In this document: positions 1 to 8,776 of the stretch, one piece after another
Layout: every line of letters starts with the position of its first letter
Position numbering within the stretch: position 1 is the stretch's first letter
Source: Demequinaceae bacterium
GTDB taxonomy: Bacteria; Actinomycetota; Actinomycetes; Actinomycetales; Demequinaceae
DNA: 32,000 nucleotides
NCBI GenBank assembly: GCA_965250005.1
Contig: OZ252279.1
Coordinates: 1,710,001-1,742,000, forward strand
Direction of reading: 5' to 3'
Program-made: the position numbers and the translations under genes
Notes under the pieces: model-generated
The model's input: only the letters and a program-made list of their open reading frames with translations
The model's database searches: none
What the model was told of the DNA's origin: nothing

Positions 1-837
1 TCGGACGGCCAGCGGTTCATGCCCGAGGTCCACCCGCAGGCGGAACTCGCACCACGCGACGTGGTGTCGCACGCGATCGTTGAGCAGATCGCCAGCAACG
101 GCGTCGAGAGCGTCTTCCTTGACGCGCGTCACCTTGGCCGTGAGTTTCTTGACGAGCGCTTCCCCACCATCCAGGCACGCCTGGAAGAGCACTCGCTTTC
201 GCTGGCGCGGGACCTGATTCCCGTCGCGCCTGCGCAGCATTATCACTCGGGCGGAATCCTCACCGACCTGCGCGGGCGCAGCACGGTAGACGGCCTGTAC
301 GCGGCGGGGGAGGCCGCGTGCACCGGAGTGCACGGCGCCAACCGGCTCGCATCCAACTCGCTGCTCGAGGGGCTCGTTTACGCGTACCGTGCGGCGCGCG
401 ATGTGGCGACCCGCGTGGCCGACGGAGACCTGCCGCAGTTCAGCCCCGAGGAGCGTCCCGGCACCGTGGGTCTTCTCCCGGCCACCAAGCGCGCTGAAAT
501 CCAGAAGCACGCGCATGCGGGTGGCGGGCCCGTCCGCAACGCGGACGGCATCATCGCTGCTCAGAAGGAGTTGAGGGCGATTCGCCGACCGGGGCGCTTC
601 GATCATCCCGACGTCGAGGTCATTCCACAGACGGCAGAGTGGGAGACCACAAACGTCGCGCAGACGGCGGCCGTCTTGCTTGCCACCGCCTTCGAGCGCG
701 AAGAGAGCCGCGGCGGGCACTTCCGTAGTGACTTCCCCGAGGATGACGACGCGTGGAAGGTGCGCATCGCAGCGCGGTTTGACGGGGACAACGAACTGGT
801 GCTCGAGCGAGAGCCGCTGGAGCGCAAGTTGGCCTAG
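1..837 (+). CDS. nadB: L-aspartate oxidase, 3' part (5' end lies outside the window)
   Basis: The frame is open from base 1 (SDGQRFMPEVHPQAELAPRDVVSHAI...), followed by GGILTDLRGRSTVDGLYAAGEAACTGVHGANRLASNSLLEGLVYAYRAA, typical of the NadB/SdhA flavoprotein family. nadC lies nearby. Confidence 0.93.
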   Translation, partial: SDGQRFMPEVHPQAELAPRDVVSHAIVEQIASNGVESVFLDARHLGREFLDERFPTIQARLEEHSLSLARDLIPVAPAQHYHSGGILTDLRGRSTVDGLYAAGEAACTGVHGANRLASNSLLEGLVYAYRAARDVATRVADGDLPQFSPEERPGTVGLLPATKRAEIQKHAHAGGGPVRNADGIIAAQKELRAIRRPGRFDHPDVEVIPQTAEWETTNVAQTAAVLLATAFEREESRGGHFRSDFPEDDDAWKVRIAARFDGDNELVLEREPLERKLA

Positions 838-907
838 CCGCGAGGTGGTCTAGTCGTGAGGAGCCGCGAATCTCTACAACGCTTCGGGCATCGCCTTCCG
901 TGTCGCT

Positions 908-1233
908 CTGGCCCTCAATGGGAAACTCTGCGCGGCTCCACACGCTGGTGCCGCCGGCAACGTTAACCACGTCGTGGCCGCGCTCGGCTAGCCAGAGTCG
1001 GCACTGCTCGGAGCGGTTGCCGGTTTGGCAAATGAAATGAGGTAGATGGGGGACTCCATTGCGCGGAGCTCCTCGTGCCGTGCGGTGAGTTCGCTCATGG
1101 GCAATAGCGTCGCGCCTGCTGCGCGCCCACCGGCAAACTCGAGAGCCTCGCGCACGTCCACGAGCGTCCCGGGCTCCCCGGCCTGGAGTGAGGCGCGGAG
1201 CGCCCTCACGTCGACCGTGCCTTTAGGCAGCAC
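908..1233 (-). pseudogene. Single-domain rhodanese-like sulfurtransferase, frameshifted
   Basis: The N-terminal part (GTG at 1233) reads MLPKGTVDVRALRASLQAGEPGTLVDVREALEFAGGRAAGATLLPMSEL...ESPIYLI. The active-site loop and C-terminus, ICQTGNRSEQCRLWLAERGHDVVNVAGGTSVWSRAEFPIEG, are in another frame. The break is at a perfect 5-bp tandem duplication (plus-strand AAATG AAATG, 1030-1039). Confidence 0.8.
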
Positions 1234-1391
1234 GGTCCCACGATTCTGGGCGCGCTTGCTGGGCTTGCCCGCGATGAGGCGCAGGCACTTTGGGCCAGAA
1301 CTGATTCGTCTCCGTGTTCATTGTTGCCTTCCGGGTTCGGGGGTCCGACGACGGGCGCGAAATGACCCAGCGGGGGCGCGCAAGTGGGAAG

Positions 1392-1661
1392 TTAGGCGAG
1401 CGACATGAACATTTTTTGGAGGCGTTCGCGCGCCGCAGACGCCGTCTCGCCCTTGGCGATGCACTGCTCTAGCCCGGCCGCGATCATGGTGAATCCGGCG
1501 CGGTCGATGGCCTTGGACACCGCGGCGAGCTGGGTTACAACCTCCCCGCACTCACGGTTGTCCTCGATCATTCGCAAAATGCCGTCGAGTTGGCCGCGAG
1601 CGCGCTTGAGGCGCTTGACTACGGGCTCCATGTCCTCTTCCGTCAGGTGTACGTCGTTCAT
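1392..1661 (-). CDS. CsoR/CstR-family (DUF156) metal/persulfide-sensing repressor
   Basis: MNDVHLTEEDMEPVVKRLKRARGQLDGILRMIEDNRECGEVVTQLAAVSKAIDRAGFTMIAAGLEQC: family helix pattern with two conserved Cys. It is encoded upstream of a rhodanese on the same strand. Confidence 0.88.
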   Translation of the reverse strand: MNDVHLTEEDMEPVVKRLKRARGQLDGILRMIEDNRECGEVVTQLAAVSKAIDRAGFTMIAAGLEQCIAKGETASAARERLQKMFMSLA

Positions 1662-1721
1662 TGCTTTGACTCCTCACGCCTGCATCGCACTAGTAGAAGC
1701 CCCTCCAGCGTTGCCGAAAGC

Positions 1722-1738
1722 ATACCCCCACTGGTACC
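1722..1738. promoter_or_regulatory. Possible CsoR/CstR-type operator in the csoR-like/nadC divergent region
   Basis: ATACCCCCACTGGTACC: TACC...GGTA dyad with a C tract, resembling operators of the CsoR family, 60-75 bp upstream of the repressor start. Confidence 0.35.
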
Positions 1739-1803
1739 CATTCCGGCCAGACCTCCGTCACAGTTGCGAAACTGGGCAAACCCGCAACAATGGGCAAGTG
1801 ACC

Positions 1804-2703
1804 ATGCCAGAAGAGTTCTATCAGGACCAGTCGCTCGACGCCAACTGGCTGGCCGAGATTGTCGAGCGCACGCTAACCGAGGATCTGGGCCCGAACCCCG
1901 GTCGCGACGTCACCACGCAATCCACCATCGGCGAGGATGCCGAGGTCGCCGGTGAGATTGTCGCCCGCGAGGGTGGAGTGGTCGCGGGGATTCCCGTGAT
2001 CGCGGAGGTGCTGCGGCAGGTCGCGGAGCGCTACGGTCTGCAGGTCCCGAGCGTCAAGTTCATGAAGGCCGACGGGGACGCCGTGGCCGCGAATGACGTG
2101 GTGGCCCAAATCGCGGGTCTGGGGCACGTGGTGCTGAGCGCGGAGCGCACCATCCTCAACCTGATGAGCCACGCGAGCGGCGTCGCGAGCCACACGCGCC
2201 GCTGGGCCGACGCGCTCGAGGGCACCGGCGCGCGCGTGCTCGACACCCGCAAGACCACGCCCACGCTGCGCGAGCTCGAGAAGTACGCGGTCCGCTGCGG
2301 CGGCGGCGTCAACAAACGCATGGGCCTCTACGACGTTGCGATGATCAAGGACAATCACGTGGTGGCCACGGGCTCCGTGGGCAAGGCGATCGCCGCAGTG
2401 TGGGCTCGTTTTCCGGATGTCGAGGTGCAGGTCGAGGTGGAGACGTTTGCGCAAGCGCAGGAGGCGCTCGCGGCTGGCGCCCGGTTCCTCATGCTCGACA
2501 ACATGTCGAACGAGCAGATGGCCGAGGTGGTTGGCGTCGTACGCGCCGACGAGGCCCTGACCGGCAAGGTCTACATCGAGGCCACGGGCGGGCTCACGGT
2601 CGAGCGCGCACGCAGCGTTGCGCAGACGGGCGTGGACTTCATGAGCGTCGGCGCACTGACGCACTCATCACCTGGGCTGGACCTGGCGCTCGACCTGCGC
2701 TGA
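1804..2703 (+). CDS. nadC: Nicotinate-nucleotide pyrophosphorylase (carboxylating)
   Basis: [29 protein letters not shown]...GDVTTQ.., [73 protein letters not shown] and [12 protein letters not shown] match the family. ATG at 1804 fits better than the upstream start at 1405 in the ORF track. Confidence 0.97.
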   Translation: MPEEFYQDQSLDANWLAEIVERTLTEDLGPNPGRDVTTQSTIGEDAEVAGEIVAREGGVVAGIPVIAEVLRQVAERYGLQVPSVKFMKADGDAVAANDVVAQIAGLGHVVLSAERTILNLMSHASGVASHTRRWADALEGTGARVLDTRKTTPTLRELEKYAVRCGGGVNKRMGLYDVAMIKDNHVVATGSVGKAIAAVWARFPDVEVQVEVETFAQAQEALAAGARFLMLDNMSNEQMAEVVGVVRADEALTGKVYIEATGGLTVERARSVAQTGVDFMSVGALTHSSPGLDLALDLR

Positions 2704-2755
2704 GTCTGCTCGCGCCCCGCATCGTCTCCCTTGCTCCGCCGGTACGCTGGGCATC

Positions 2756-4270
2756 GTGACTGACGAGCCCGATATCCCGACCGAAGCAGACGTCCCCGAG
2801 CAGATGCGCGTGCGCCGCGAGAAGCGCGACCGCATCATCGCCGCGGGCGGCCAGGCGTACCCCGTCTCGGTGCCGCGCACGCACGAAATCGCGGACGTCA
2901 AGGCCAAGTACGCGAGCCTCGAGGACGGCGAAGAAACGTCGGATGTGGTGGGCGTCGCGGGCCGCGTGGTCTTCATCCGTAACACCGGCAAACTGTGCTT
3001 TGCGGCCCTTCAGGACGGCAAGGGCGAGCGCCTGCAGATCATGCTGAGCCAGGGTGTCATTGGCGAGACGGAGTTGACCGCGTTCAAGGCGGACGTTGAC
3101 CTGGGCGACCACCTGTTCGCACACGGAAACGCAATCAAGTCGCGCCGTGGTGAAGTGTCGGTGATGACCGACGAGTGGGCGATCGCTGCCAAGGCCCTGC
3201 GCCCGCTGCCCGTGCTCCACAAGGACATGAACGAGGAATCGCGCGTCCGCCAGCGCTACGTTGACCTGATCGCGCGCCAGAGCGCCCGCGACACCGTCCG
3301 CAACCGTGCCGCCGTCATGCGCTCGCTGCGCGAATCCATGCACGAGCGCGGCTACATCGAAATCGAGACACCGATGCTCCAGGTCCAGCACGGTGGAGCG
3401 GCGGCCCGCCCGTTCACCACGCACATGAATGCGTTCGACCTCGACCTGTACATGCGCATCGCGCCTGAACTCTTTCTCAAGCGCGCGGTGGTTGGCGGCG
3501 TCGAGAAGGTCTTCGAGATCAACCGCAACTTCCGCAACGAGGGCGCGGACTCGTCGCACTCGCCTGAGTTCGCGATGCTTGAAGCCTACGAAGCATACGG
3601 CGACTACAACACCATGGCTGAGCTGACACGGTCGCTGGTCCAGGGCGCCGCGCAGGACGTGTTCGGCGGCACCCAGCTGGAGCTGACCGACGGCACCATC
3701 TACGACATCGGCGGCGACTGGACCGAGCTCAGCCTGTACGGGTCTCTGTCTGAGGCCATCGGCGAGGACGTCACCCCGGCCACCGACGTCACGCAGCTCC
3801 TAGAGTGGTGCGACGCGGCTGAACTCTCCGTGGATCCCAAGAAGTCCAATCACGGCAAGCTGGTCGAGGAGCTGTGGGAGCACCACGTCGGCGATGACCT
3901 CCACGCCCCGACGTTCGTGCGCGACTTCCCCGTGGAGACATCCCCGCTGACGCGCGACCACCGCGAGATCGACGGCGTGGTCGAGAAGTGGGACCTCTAC
4001 GTGCGCGGCGTCGAACTGGCGACGGCGTACTCCGAGCTCGTGGATCCGGTCATCCAGCGCGAGCGCTTCGAGCAGCAGGCGCGCATGGCCGCCGTCGGCG
4101 ACGACGAGGCGATGCCGCTGGACGAAGACTTCTTGGCCGCCATGGAGCACGCCATGCCGCCCTCGGGAGGAATGGGGCTCGGCATGGACCGACTACTCAT
4201 GGCACTGACTGGATTGGGCATCCGCGAGACCATCCTGTTCCCGCTCGTGAAGCCTACTCAGGAGGGCTAA
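2756..4270 (+). CDS. lysS: Lysyl-tRNA synthetase (class II)
   Basis: [27 protein letters not shown]..., [60 protein letters not shown], and class II motif 3 [29 protein letters not shown]. Confidence 0.97.
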   Translation: MTDEPDIPTEADVPEQMRVRREKRDRIIAAGGQAYPVSVPRTHEIADVKAKYASLEDGEETSDVVGVAGRVVFIRNTGKLCFAALQDGKGERLQIMLSQGVIGETELTAFKADVDLGDHLFAHGNAIKSRRGEVSVMTDEWAIAAKALRPLPVLHKDMNEESRVRQRYVDLIARQSARDTVRNRAAVMRSLRESMHERGYIEIETPMLQVQHGGAAARPFTTHMNAFDLDLYMRIAPELFLKRAVVGGVEKVFEINRNFRNEGADSSHSPEFAMLEAYEAYGDYNTMAELTRSLVQGAAQDVFGGTQLELTDGTIYDIGGDWTELSLYGSLSEAIGEDVTPATDVTQLLEWCDAAELSVDPKKSNHGKLVEELWEHHVGDDLHAPTFVRDFPVETSPLTRDHREIDGVVEKWDLYVRGVELATAYSELVDPVIQRERFEQQARMAAVGDDEAMPLDEDFLAAMEHAMPPSGGMGLGMDRLLMALTGLGIRETILFPLVKPTQEG

Positions 4271-4434
4271 TGGACGACGGCACCCCGTGGGGTCTCATCA
4301 TCGGCGGGCTCATCCCGTCTGCCGGTGTTGCGCTGGTGTTTTGGTTGGCGTGGCGCGCCATCACGCGTGCCGATCGCAATGAGCGCAAGGCCCAGGCTGA
4401 GCTCGACGCAGCCGAGAGGAAGGACGCCCGCTAG
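4270..4434 (+). CDS. Small single-pass membrane protein (54 aa), translationally coupled to lysS
   Basis: The ATG overlaps the lysS stop (TAATG). Protein: [54 protein letters not shown], one hydrophobic helix plus a charged tail. Confidence 0.65.
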   Translation: MDDGTPWGLIIGGLIPSAGVALVFWLAWRAITRADRNERKAQAELDAAERKDAR

Positions 4435-4508
4435 GCTCGCGAAACCCGCGGGTTCTTTGACCCCGCATCGGCCCGCATGGGAGGCTGACGGAGACGAAAG
4501 GTTGACTC

Positions 4509-4820
4509 ATGGCTCAGAAGGTTCAGGTCATTCTCATCGACGATGTCGATGGTGGCGCAGCAGACGAGACCCTGGGCTTCGCCCTCGAGGGCGTGACGTA
4601 CGAGATCGACCTCGCCAGCCACCGTGCTGATCAGCTCCGCGCGGCGCTCGAACCCTGGATCAAAGCGGGCCGGCGCGTGAGCACCCGCCGCTCCAGCAGC
4701 CCCCGTGGCTACAGCGACGCCGCCAAAATCCGCGCGTGGGCCGTGGAGAACGGCCACAGCGTCCCCACCCGCGGCCGCATCCCCGGTCCCGTCCGGGAAG
4801 CGTACGAAGCCGCCAACTAA
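4509..4820 (+). CDS. lsr2: Lsr2-family nucleoid-associated protein
   Basis: MAQKVQVILIDDVDGGAADETLGFALEGVTYEIDLASHRADQLRAALEPWI...RRV and C-terminal AAKIRAWAVENGHSVPTRGRIPGPVREAYEAA, typical of the Lsr2 DNA-binding domain with the RGR core. Confidence 0.96.
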   Translation: MAQKVQVILIDDVDGGAADETLGFALEGVTYEIDLASHRADQLRAALEPWIKAGRRVSTRRSSSPRGYSDAAKIRAWAVENGHSVPTRGRIPGPVREAYEAAN

Positions 4821-4862
4821 CCAGCAACTGGTCCAGAGCATCGGCGCTACTGAGGGAGCACA

Positions 4863-5933
4863 ATGACGTCGCACACTTGGTGGTGGGGCACCTACCCGGC
4901 TGAAGGGCTGGGCGCGCCAGTGGGCACCGGCGAGGGCCTTTTCCGTATGGACGCCGACGGCTCGACGGCGGATATCGCGCTCGAGTTGCCCGCACCGTCG
5001 TACGTGATTGCGCATCCCGACCTGCCGCTGCTCTACGCGGTGAGCGAGGGAGGGCTGGACGTGGCGGCCGTCCACGCGATCGATGTCAGCAATCCCGATG
5101 CGACCCGCGTGCTGGGCACCGTGCGAACAGGGGGGCATGATCCCTGCCACATTCTGATGGCGCGCGACACGCTCTCGCTTTACGTCTCCCATTATTCGTC
5201 GGGCGAGCTCGCCGTGATCCGCTTGGGCGCGGACGGCCTGTTCGACTCGGACGAGCCGGCGCAGTCGCTTGGGCACTCTGGAAACGGCCCCACCGAGCGC
5301 CAGGACGCGCCACACGCGCACTGGGCTGCCTACGCGCCCGGAGGGGGCACCCTGCTCGTGGCTGACCTCGGGACTGACGAACTGCGCAGGTACGATGTCC
5401 TTCCCGACGGCCTGCTCCGCCCGGACGGCGTCGCGGCAACACTCCCTCCAGGCGCGGGCCCGCGGCTCGTACTGGTGCGCAACAACCTGCTGTACGTCGT
5501 GTGCGAGCTCGACCTGAGCCTGAAGACCTACTCCTGGGACGCTGAGGCTCGTATCGCAGAGCTCATCGTCGAGCAGCCCGCGTCAGTAGCCCCCCACCGC
5601 AGCGGCGACAGCGTTAGTCCCGCGATGTTGGTCCACGTCGCGGGGGTGCTGTTGCTGAGCGTTCGCGGTGCGGACGTCATCTCCGTGTTCGACCTGGACG
5701 GAAACGATCTGCCCTCGCTGCGCGGGAGTTTCGATACTGGCGGCCAGTGGCCGCGCCACTTTGCCGTCGCTGGCGAGCGGGTTGTGGTGGGCAATGAGAA
5801 GTCCCACAACGCCGCGGTTTTCGATCTCGCCGACGTTCTTGCGCTCAAGGCCCCGGAAGAGGCGGAGGAGATCGTCGAGCTCGCACACAGCAGCATCGCG
5901 GTGACCAGCCCCGCCTGCATCTGCCCGGTCTAG
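4863..5933 (+). CDS. Lactonase / 6-phosphogluconolactonase-like beta-propeller protein
   Basis: TWWWGTYP...[78 protein letters not shown], and [21 protein letters not shown]. Confidence 0.85.
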   Translation: MTSHTWWWGTYPAEGLGAPVGTGEGLFRMDADGSTADIALELPAPSYVIAHPDLPLLYAVSEGGLDVAAVHAIDVSNPDATRVLGTVRTGGHDPCHILMARDTLSLYVSHYSSGELAVIRLGADGLFDSDEPAQSLGHSGNGPTERQDAPHAHWAAYAPGGGTLLVADLGTDELRRYDVLPDGLLRPDGVAATLPPGAGPRLVLVRNNLLYVVCELDLSLKTYSWDAEARIAELIVEQPASVAPHRSGDSVSPAMLVHVAGVLLLSVRGADVISVFDLDGNDLPSLRGSFDTGGQWPRHFAVAGERVVVGNEKSHNAAVFDLADVLALKAPEEAEEIVELAHSSIAVTSPACICPV

Positions 5934-5991
5934 AGGTACCCGGGACCAAAGGGATTCGCCAGCGGCCCGAGCATCAGGCAAACTTGGCCCC

Positions 5992-6732
5992 ATGACTCAC
6001 ACACTGATCCTGCTCCGCCACGGCGAGAGCGAATGGAACGCCAAGAACCTGTTCACCGGCTGGGTGGATGTGCCGCTCAACGAGAAGGGCTGGCACGAGG
6101 CGATTCGCGGCGGCGAGCTCCTCAAGGACGCCGGCCTCCTGCCTGACGTGGTTCACACGTCGCTGCTGCGTCGCGCGATCATGACGTCGGCTCTCGCGCT
6201 GGATTCCGCCGACCGCCACTGGATCCCCGTGAAGCGCAACTGGCGCCTCAACGAGCGCCACTATGGCGACCTGCAGGGCAAGAATAAGGCGGAGGTGCGC
6301 GACGAGTTCGGCGAGGAACAGTTCATGACCTGGCGCCGTTCGTACGACGTGCCGCCGCCGGAGATCTCTGACGCCAACGAGTACTCCCAGGCAGGCGAGG
6401 TCCGCTATGCCGGCGAGCCCATTCCCAAGACGGAGTGCCTGAAGGACGTCCTCGACCGCGCCCTGCCGTACTGGGAGGGCGAGATCGTTCCAGACCTCGC
6501 CTCGGGAAAGACCGTCCTTGTCGCCGCGCACGGAAACTCGATTCGAGCCATCGTGAAGTACTTGGACGACGTCCCCGACGAGGACATCGTGGGAGTCAAC
6601 ATCCCCACGGGCATCCCGCTTCACTACGAGCTTGACGACGACTTCAAGCCCGTCGCCAAGGGTGGCACGTACCTTGACCCTGCCGCCGCGGCAGAGTCCA
6701 TCGCCGCCGTCGCGAACCAGGGGAAAAAATAG
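5992..6732 (+). CDS. gpmA: 2,3-bisphosphoglycerate-dependent phosphoglycerate mutase
   Basis: [67 protein letters not shown], and [23 protein letters not shown]. Confidence 0.97.
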   Translation: MTHTLILLRHGESEWNAKNLFTGWVDVPLNEKGWHEAIRGGELLKDAGLLPDVVHTSLLRRAIMTSALALDSADRHWIPVKRNWRLNERHYGDLQGKNKAEVRDEFGEEQFMTWRRSYDVPPPEISDANEYSQAGEVRYAGEPIPKTECLKDVLDRALPYWEGEIVPDLASGKTVLVAAHGNSIRAIVKYLDDVPDEDIVGVNIPTGIPLHYELDDDFKPVAKGGTYLDPAAAAESIAAVANQGKK

Positions 6733-6776
6733 AAAAGGCCGAGCGGCCACACGCCGGGCGTGGCACGATTGGCAGC

Positions 6777-7901
6777 GTGAACTCGAAAGCCCCCTCCGGC
6801 GGCCGCTTGATTGCGGCGGTCGCGGGGGCGGCTCTTGTGCTTACTGCGTGCGCCGCGTCCGCGCCGGACGCCTCCTTTCCGAGCGACACGGCGTCGCCCG
6901 CCGCCAACGGGCCGCTGCGCGGCGTCGCGATCTCGCCCCATGGCTTCCCAGCAGATTTCTCTCAACTAGCCGAATTCTTTACAGAGGTTTCTGCCCACCC
7001 GAACACTTCGGTGCTGTGGAATGGCGCCTGGCGGAACGACGTGGACGGCGGCACCGACGCCGGTGGCATCCCGGACGGAGCGCGCCTCATCGCGGGGCAG
7101 GCGGCCGAGTACGGTTTCGTCCCCGTCGCGGTGTTCGGTTGGCGCTCGGGTGACGCGCTCTTCGTGTCCGTCCCGGCGGACGGGATCAACGATTGGACGA
7201 ACGCGGCGGCCGCAGACGCGTTCGTCGCAATGACGGCCGCGTTCGCCGCGGAGTACAAGCCGCCGTTCATGTTTCTCGGCAACGAGAGCGACGCCTACTT
7301 TGAGAAGGACCCCGCAGGCTACGCGGCGTGGGTGGCCGTGTACGAACGTGCGTACGATGCTATCGAGGCGGTGTCGCCTGAGACGCAGGTGGGCCCGGTG
7401 CTTCAATTCGAGCACCTCTCAGGCAACGGCCCGAACACTGGCTGGACGGAGCCGCAATGGGGCGCGCTCGAGGCGCACGGAGGCGGGCGCGACGCGACCG
7501 CGCTGGCGCGTGTTGACACGCTGGCGCTCACGGTTTACCCGTTTTTCGCTTACGACGACCCGCGCGATATCCCCGACGACTACCTCACGCCCGTCCTCGA
7601 CCGCATCGGCTCCACCCCGATCTTCATCACAGAGACCGGATGGCCAGCGGAGTCCTCGGACGCGATCCCCTCGACGTGGGTCGCGTCGCCCGGCGCCCAA
7701 GTGGATTACGTCGGCCGCTTCGACGCCTTCACCGTCGGCGTCGACATCGAGGGAGCGTCGTGGCTCTTTCTCTATCAGGCGGCGCCGAGCGGTGACCTTG
7801 TCGGCGTCGAATTCGCGCTGTTCGCGAGCGTAGCCCTTCGCGGCCCCAACGGATCCAAGCGCCCCGCGCACGATCTCTGGTTTGCTCCGGGCGACGGCTA
7901 G
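6777..7901 (+). CDS. Secreted lipoprotein with a GH-A clan (GH17/GH53-like) glycosidase signature
   Basis: Lipobox ALVLTACAAS. Candidate acid/base motif in FMFLGNESDAYF and candidate nucleophile motif in TPIFITETGWPAES, at the expected spacing for a GH-A barrel. Confidence 0.55.
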   Translation: MNSKAPSGGRLIAAVAGAALVLTACAASAPDASFPSDTASPAANGPLRGVAISPHGFPADFSQLAEFFTEVSAHPNTSVLWNGAWRNDVDGGTDAGGIPDGARLIAGQAAEYGFVPVAVFGWRSGDALFVSVPADGINDWTNAAAADAFVAMTAAFAAEYKPPFMFLGNESDAYFEKDPAGYAAWVAVYERAYDAIEAVSPETQVGPVLQFEHLSGNGPNTGWTEPQWGALEAHGGGRDATALARVDTLALTVYPFFAYDDPRDIPDDYLTPVLDRIGSTPIFITETGWPAESSDAIPSTWVASPGAQVDYVGRFDAFTVGVDIEGASWLFLYQAAPSGDLVGVEFALFASVALRGPNGSKRPAHDLWFAPGDG

Positions 7902-7941
7902 GCAGCGAGCGTGGGCGCCGCACCCGCGCCGCCTACGGCAA

Positions 7942-7971
7942 TGAACCGGGTCCCTTGCATGGCCCGGTTCG
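7942..7971. terminator. Hairpin between convergent genes, possible bidirectional terminator
   Basis: GAACCGGG (7943-7950) and CCCGGTTC (7963-7970) are perfect inverted repeats between the 7901 stop and the phoU stop at 7990. Confidence 0.5.
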
Positions 7972-7989
7972 ATGCGTGGGCAGGGGGAG

Positions 7990-8649
7990 CTAAATGGTGG
8001 ACCTGCCGTCGGTGAGGTCGCCGGTCACCAAGTACACGATGCGACGGGACACGTTGACGGCGTGGTCGCCGAACCGCTCGAAGAAGCGCGCGAGCAGCGC
8101 GATGTCCAGCGTGGTCTGTGTGTCCCCCTTGTAGCCCTTGGCGAGAAGCGCGGCGTACGCCTCTGAGTGGAGGGCGTCCAGGGCGTCATCGTCGCTCACG
8201 ATCTGGGCGGCGACGTTGAGGTCGCGCGTCTTGAGCAGCTCGACAACCTGGACGGACGCGTGCACCGCTGCGTCCGACATGTCGCCGATGATGTTGGCGT
8301 GAGACTTGGGGATGGCGGAGTCGGGGTAGGCGCGGCGAGCGGCCTCGGCCACATGCTGCGCGAGGTCTCCCATGCGCTCGAGTCCAGCAGAGATCCGTAG
8401 TGAGGTCACGAGCGTGCGCAGGTCCAGGCCAACGGGTTGCTGCTGAGCGATGAGCAGCACACAGCGCTCGTCAACGCGAACCTCGAGTTGGTCAAGATTG
8501 ACGTCATCGGCGATCACGGCCTGCGCCAGGCCCACGTCTTTGTCTTGAAGCGCCTTTGTCGCGCGGGCGATCGCCGAGTTGACGTGCTCGCCCATCTCGA
8601 CCAGGTCTTCAGCCAACTGCGACATCTCGGCCGTGAATATGGTGCGCAT
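7990..8649 (-). CDS. phoU: Phosphate uptake/signalling regulator PhoU
   Basis: MRTIFTAEMSQLAEDLVEMGEHVNSAIARATKAL...LRISAGLERMGDLAQHVAEAARR and ARFFERFGDHAVNVSRRIVYLVTGDL. Two PhoU repeats. The start was trimmed from the 630-aa track ORF. Confidence 0.96.
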   Translation of the reverse strand: MRTIFTAEMSQLAEDLVEMGEHVNSAIARATKALQDKDVGLAQAVIADDVNLDQLEVRVDERCVLLIAQQQPVGLDLRTLVTSLRISAGLERMGDLAQHVAEAARRAYPDSAIPKSHANIIGDMSDAAVHASVQVVELLKTRDLNVAAQIVSDDDALDALHSEAYAALLAKGYKGDTQTTLDIALLARFFERFGDHAVNVSRRIVYLVTGDLTDGRSTI

Positions 8650-8720
8650 GTGGCTCCTCGAGGCAGTCTGTTGCGTTGCCTCTAGTTTGTCAGGGATTCG
8701 CGAGCGAGGACATGAACGCG

Positions 8721-8749
8721 AGTGACGGATCGGTGAATTTTGGGTAAAC
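8721..8749 (-). promoter_or_regulatory. Degenerate PHO-box-like direct repeats in the phoU/senX3 divergent region
   Basis: Minus strand reads GTTTACC-CAAA-ATTCACC-GATC-CGTCACT: three GTTCACC-like units with an 11-bp period. Confidence 0.5.
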
Positions 8750-8776
8750 CACGGGCGCCCCGGATACTGTGAGCGC

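Noticed and set aside
1405-1803. Upstream extension of nadC in the ORF track
   Set aside because: The extension is Arg/Ser-rich, antisense to the CsoR-family gene, and the natural NadC N-terminus begins at the 1804 ATG.
2639-3559. 306-aa minus-strand ORF antisense to lysS
   Set aside because: No domain motifs. It exists only as the complement of conserved lysS sequence.
4443-4454. AACCCGCGGGTT palindrome before lsr2
   Set aside because: A 12-bp GC-rich palindrome without a loop is weak evidence for an operator or terminator.
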